A stretch of DNA of 51,328 bases from Thermostichus sp. DRC_bins_24. GTDB lineage: Bacteria > Cyanobacteriota > Cyanobacteriia > Thermostichales > Thermostichaceae. Shown here one piece after another: positions 48,248 through 51,328 of the stretch. Positions within the stretch are counted from its first letter, which is position 1, and each line of letters starts with the position of its first letter. A program made the translations under genes and the position numbers. Location: positions 1 to 51,328 of the forward strand of contig JAUQVK010000024.1 of NCBI GenBank assembly GCA_039794845.1. The letters are read 5' to 3'. The notes under the pieces were generated by a model. That model was given only the letters and a program-made list of their open reading frames with translations. It did not search any database and was not told the origin of the DNA.

Positions 48248-49519
48248 CTAAGGGGTTTTGGCTTCCGCCACCGGGATCGGGTGGGCAAACTGCCGAAAGG
48301 CCAGCCAACTGGCTCCTAGACCCAAGCCTCCCCAACTGAGGAACAACCCACTCAAAGGCGCAATCCCCACCAGGGATCCCATACCGGCACTGCCCAGGGT
48401 CATACCGGAGTCAAATCCCATTAAAAAGAGGCTGTACACTCGCCCCCGCTGTTCTGGCGGCACCGCCAACGACACAATCGCCGACAACACCGGAAACACC
48501 GTACCAAACCCCAAGCTGTAGAGGATCGCCCAACCACTCAGCCAACCTGGCTGCCAAACAATGCCGATCACCGCCAAGCTGGAACAGCAAAAAGCCCCGG
48601 TAGACAACAGCCGATAGGAAACGCGATTGCCCCATTGCCCCAAGGCCCAGCGCACAAACACCGCCCCCAAGGCAAACAAGCTGTAAAAATCCCCGGTTTC
48701 CGCCACCAACAGGGGCAAGTAGGTGGTGAGGCCCCCGTGCAGCAAAGAGCTGATCAAAAATAAAAAGGTTGCCTCTCGTACCGGGAAACACAGCAGCGCC
48801 GACCAGGGGCTAGAGGGTACAGAGCCCTCATCCAGGGCAACTTTGGGCTTTTGGGGCGGGGGTAACCAGGGCAAAACAAAGCCGAGCAGGATCCCTAAGA
48901 TCAGCAACCAGAGCAAGCCCAGAATAAACAGCTTAAATCCACCGGCTCCGTAGAGGCGTGTGCCCAACCACGGCCCGAAGGCAAACCCCAAGGTATTGGC
49001 CATGGCCAGGTAACCCATCATCGCCGCCCGCTTCTCGGGGGGAACCAAGTCGGCCAAGAGGGTTTGGGATCCCGTGGCCACCCCCGCCTGACTGAGACCA
49101 TGGAGAATCCGCACCGGCAGCAACCACTGCGGGCTCGGGGCCAGCAGATACAGCGGCTGAATCAACAGCGCCACCAACAAGCCCAGACAGAGCAAGGGTT
49201 TACGCCCCCACCGATCCAACGCCATGCCGATCAAAGGCCGCAGCATCAAAACCCCGGCGGCCATCGCCCCCACCACCAACCCCACCGGCGCTTCGGATCC
49301 CCAGCGTGCGGTCAGATAAACGGGCAGGATCGGGAAAAAGGCCGTGGCTTGGGCAAAAAAGGCGAACATGCCCCCGCAGAGGCAGAGAATCCACAATCGT
49401 TGCAACCCAGGGGGAGGATCCAGATCCTCCAGGCGGCGCTTCGAGGGGAAAACCGCGGTCAAAGCAAGGGGCAAACTTGAGGTCACAAGGGATCCCAACC
49501 CGTTCAACAAAGGAGCCAA
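48248..49519 (-). CDS. MFS transporter
   Basis: G.ALDRWGRK motif A and about 12 TM helices; start uncertain (possibly GTG at 49486). Confidence 0.9.
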   Translation of the reverse strand: MAPLLNGLGSLVTSSLPLALTAVFPSKRRLEDLDPPPGLQRLWILCLCGGMFAFFAQATAFFPILPVYLTARWGSEAPVGLVVGAMAAGVLMLRPLIGMALDRWGRKPLLCLGLLVALLIQPLYLLAPSPQWLLPVRILHGLSQAGVATGSQTLLADLVPPEKRAAMMGYLAMANTLGFAFGPWLGTRLYGAGGFKLFILGLLWLLILGILLGFVLPWLPPPQKPKVALDEGSVPSSPWSALLCFPVREATFLFLISSLLHGGLTTYLPLLVAETGDFYSLFALGAVFVRWALGQWGNRVSYRLLSTGAFCCSSLAVIGIVWQPGWLSGWAILYSLGFGTVFPVLSAIVSLAVPPEQRGRVYSLFLMGFDSGMTLGSAGMGSLVGIAPLSGLFLSWGGLGLGASWLAFRQFAHPIPVAEAKTP

Positions 49520-49840
49520 GCCAGTTCAGGCTCACCCATGCTGACATTTCAGAGCCTAACCAACAAGATGCTTTCTTCCATGTCCCTACGCCTGCTGATT
49601 GGAAAGCTGTGGCAATCTATGGGTTTCAGGGGTTTGCACCAGCCGGACTTTGCCTACAATCTGAGTCCACATGTGCAGAGTGGTGTAGGTGTCTTGCCAG
49701 GTCTTTAGATCTAGAAGATCTAGACTGGGCCAGGTTTCATAAGATGTGTCTGCCATGATCTGCCCCTGAGAGGAATGTATTGGTTGATCGAGACCAGCAT
49801 GGAAACGCTTAAGCGCGATACCTTGTGGTTGAGATGAACC

Positions 49841-51109
49841 TTAACCAGCGGCAGGATCCAACATCACAAACAGAAACTCCTCCAAGCCCGCCAGGTAGGT
49901 GAGCACTTGATCTTGGGCGGTCTCAGGGGAAAGACGATTGGCCTCGGTTGCCCGTTCAATCAGGGTTTGCACAGGAATTGGCCCCTGCAGGAGGGATCCC
50001 AGCCAGGTCATTTGTTCCGGCAAGAGCTTGAGACGGCCTCGGCTTGCCCCCGGCCAGTTCATGGCAAATTCCACGTTCTTTTCAAAAGCTTTGCCGAAGT
50101 TCTGGCGAAACTCAGCATTGTCTGCCAAAACCGGGTTGAGCTGTACCCTGCCCCCCAGCCAGTCTTCATCGCTCCAGGGGAAGACAATCGAGGAGCCGGG
50201 ATGCTCCGCCCAAAAGTCGATCAGGCGATGGTTGGGATAGATCAACTCGTAGAAGTGGTTTTGTTCGGCAGGGGTGAGTTTGTCCAGCTCTGGCTTCAGC
50301 CACTCGGGGATCTCTTTGAACAACAGGGAGGGATCCCAGTCGGAGTAATCCACCAAGCTGATCAACCCCAATTCCGCCTCCTTGAGCATGCGCATCAGGT
50401 CGGGGATCAAAAACCCTTTGTCACTGGGCAGAAGGTAGTTGGCCCGCATATTGGTGTCGTCTTTGTAGATCTCTGGTTTCCAACGCAGGGCGGCCCGCGC
50501 TTCGTCGGAGTTGAGGTTGGCCATGAATTCCCGTACCCGATTCGAGGCTTCTGGGGTGGGTAAATCGAACAGCCCCAACAGCTGAAACGCCTTTTGCATG
50601 CGGAAGATCACATCCCGTTGATAGGCGTGGTGTAGGTTAGCCCGCAGGATCCCTTCTGGTTTTAAGACCCGCTTCAGAACCTTTAACCCCGCCGCCGGAT
50701 CATCGAGCAAATAGAGCACATCGTTCAGGCTGATGAAATCAAATTGCAGCCCCAGTTGTTCGAGGTCAAACAGGTTGAGGGCATGCAACTCCACATCTAC
50801 AAAGCCGTGGTAGCGCAACCGCCGCTCCGTCACCCGCACCGACTCTGGGGACAGATCACACACCACCAGGCGTGCCCCTGGATTGGCCTCTGCCAAGATC
50901 AGGGTTTCCCATCCGGAGCCGCAACCCGCATTCAAAATCAGGGATCCCTCGCTGGGGAGAATGGCCCGCGTCCGCGCGTATTGGGCTGTGGTCAGACTCA
51001 TCCGATACAGCCCGTCGATGGCGCTGCGACCGGAGGTAGAAATGGGCACGTTCGGGTAGGGCAGTTCTTCGTACAGTTGCCGGAGGGATTCGGTGGAGCT
51101 GCTGGTCAT
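49841..51109 (-). CDS. Class I SAM-dependent methyltransferase (cyanobacterial type)
   Basis: YEELPYP, ILNAGCGSG, FDFI...DVLYLL.DP..GL, LKPEGILRANLH. Confidence 0.88.
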   Translation of the reverse strand: MTSSSTESLRQLYEELPYPNVPISTSGRSAIDGLYRMSLTTAQYARTRAILPSEGSLILNAGCGSGWETLILAEANPGARLVVCDLSPESVRVTERRLRYHGFVDVELHALNLFDLEQLGLQFDFISLNDVLYLLDDPAAGLKVLKRVLKPEGILRANLHHAYQRDVIFRMQKAFQLLGLFDLPTPEASNRVREFMANLNSDEARAALRWKPEIYKDDTNMRANYLLPSDKGFLIPDLMRMLKEAELGLISLVDYSDWDPSLLFKEIPEWLKPELDKLTPAEQNHFYELIYPNHRLIDFWAEHPGSSIVFPWSDEDWLGGRVQLNPVLADNAEFRQNFGKAFEKNVEFAMNWPGASRGRLKLLPEQMTWLGSLLQGPIPVQTLIERATEANRLSPETAQDQVLTYLAGLEEFLFVMLDPAAG

Positions 51110-51213
51110 GGGGATCCACTGCAGGGGAGTTGCCCCTCATATTACTTTCTCAACCGACGAAGCTTCAGGGAAGGATATGCGGCAGCCTTCGGTACAGAAG
51201 CGCGGCCCACTGA

Positions 51214-51237
51214 TTTATGCGCTCTTTTATGCGCTCT
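51214..51237. repeat. 12-bp tandem duplication TTTATGCGCTCT x2
   Basis: Read directly. Confidence 0.85.
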
Positions 51238-51328
51238 GCCGGTACGAAAACTTGGTGCTTTATCCCATCAATCCACGCATCCAACTACCGCAAAGCCTTT
51301 CCACCCTCTCCTGCCAAGTCAGACCCAA

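Larger units (their letters stand above)
1..51328. repeat. Highly iterated palindrome GGGATCCC dispersed through coding and non-coding DNA
   Basis: Seen in most genes, roughly every few hundred bp by eye (not counted exactly); GCGATCGC is much rarer. Confidence 0.95.

Noticed and set aside
49560..49840. CRISPR-leader-like or ncRNA-like intergenic sequence
   Set aside because: No repeat array follows and no convincing structure is visible.
51110..51328. Gene or RNA at the right edge
   Set aside because: No recognisable ORF or RNA motif; only a 12-bp tandem duplication.

Overview
A 51.3 kb core-chromosome window from a GC-rich thermophilic cyanobacterium. The dense GGGATCCC palindrome, rather than the usual GCGATCGC HIP1, points to the hot-spring Synechococcus/Thermostichus lineage. 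It holds about 58 mostly housekeeping and photosynthesis genes: mnmG, tsaD, psaF-psaJ-psaL, mini-III/rlmB, thiD, cry-DASH, opcA, two HLIP-type genes, sufS, cydAB, a cobN fragment, photolyase, rbfA, rodZ, trpF, trxA, crtR, psaK, psbK, chlI, cobM, MATE and ispD. psaJ, psbK and a partial gene at the left edge are missing from the supplied ORF track and were translated by hand. I saw no tRNA, rRNA, transposase or CRISPR array. Best leads: (1) a threonine-synthase-like enzyme plus MoaD-type sulfur carrier under a palindromic operator, a candidate sulfur-carrier route to homocysteine; (2) a Psb35-HLIP fusion; (3) an HU-like gene tightly coupled to cry-DASH; (4) a divergent PsaL lacking trimerisation features; (5) a stand-alone C-terminal part of CobN; (6) an AT-shifted cydAB island; (7) ThiD fused to an unknown small domain. 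All calls rest on motif recognition by eye; no database search was run.
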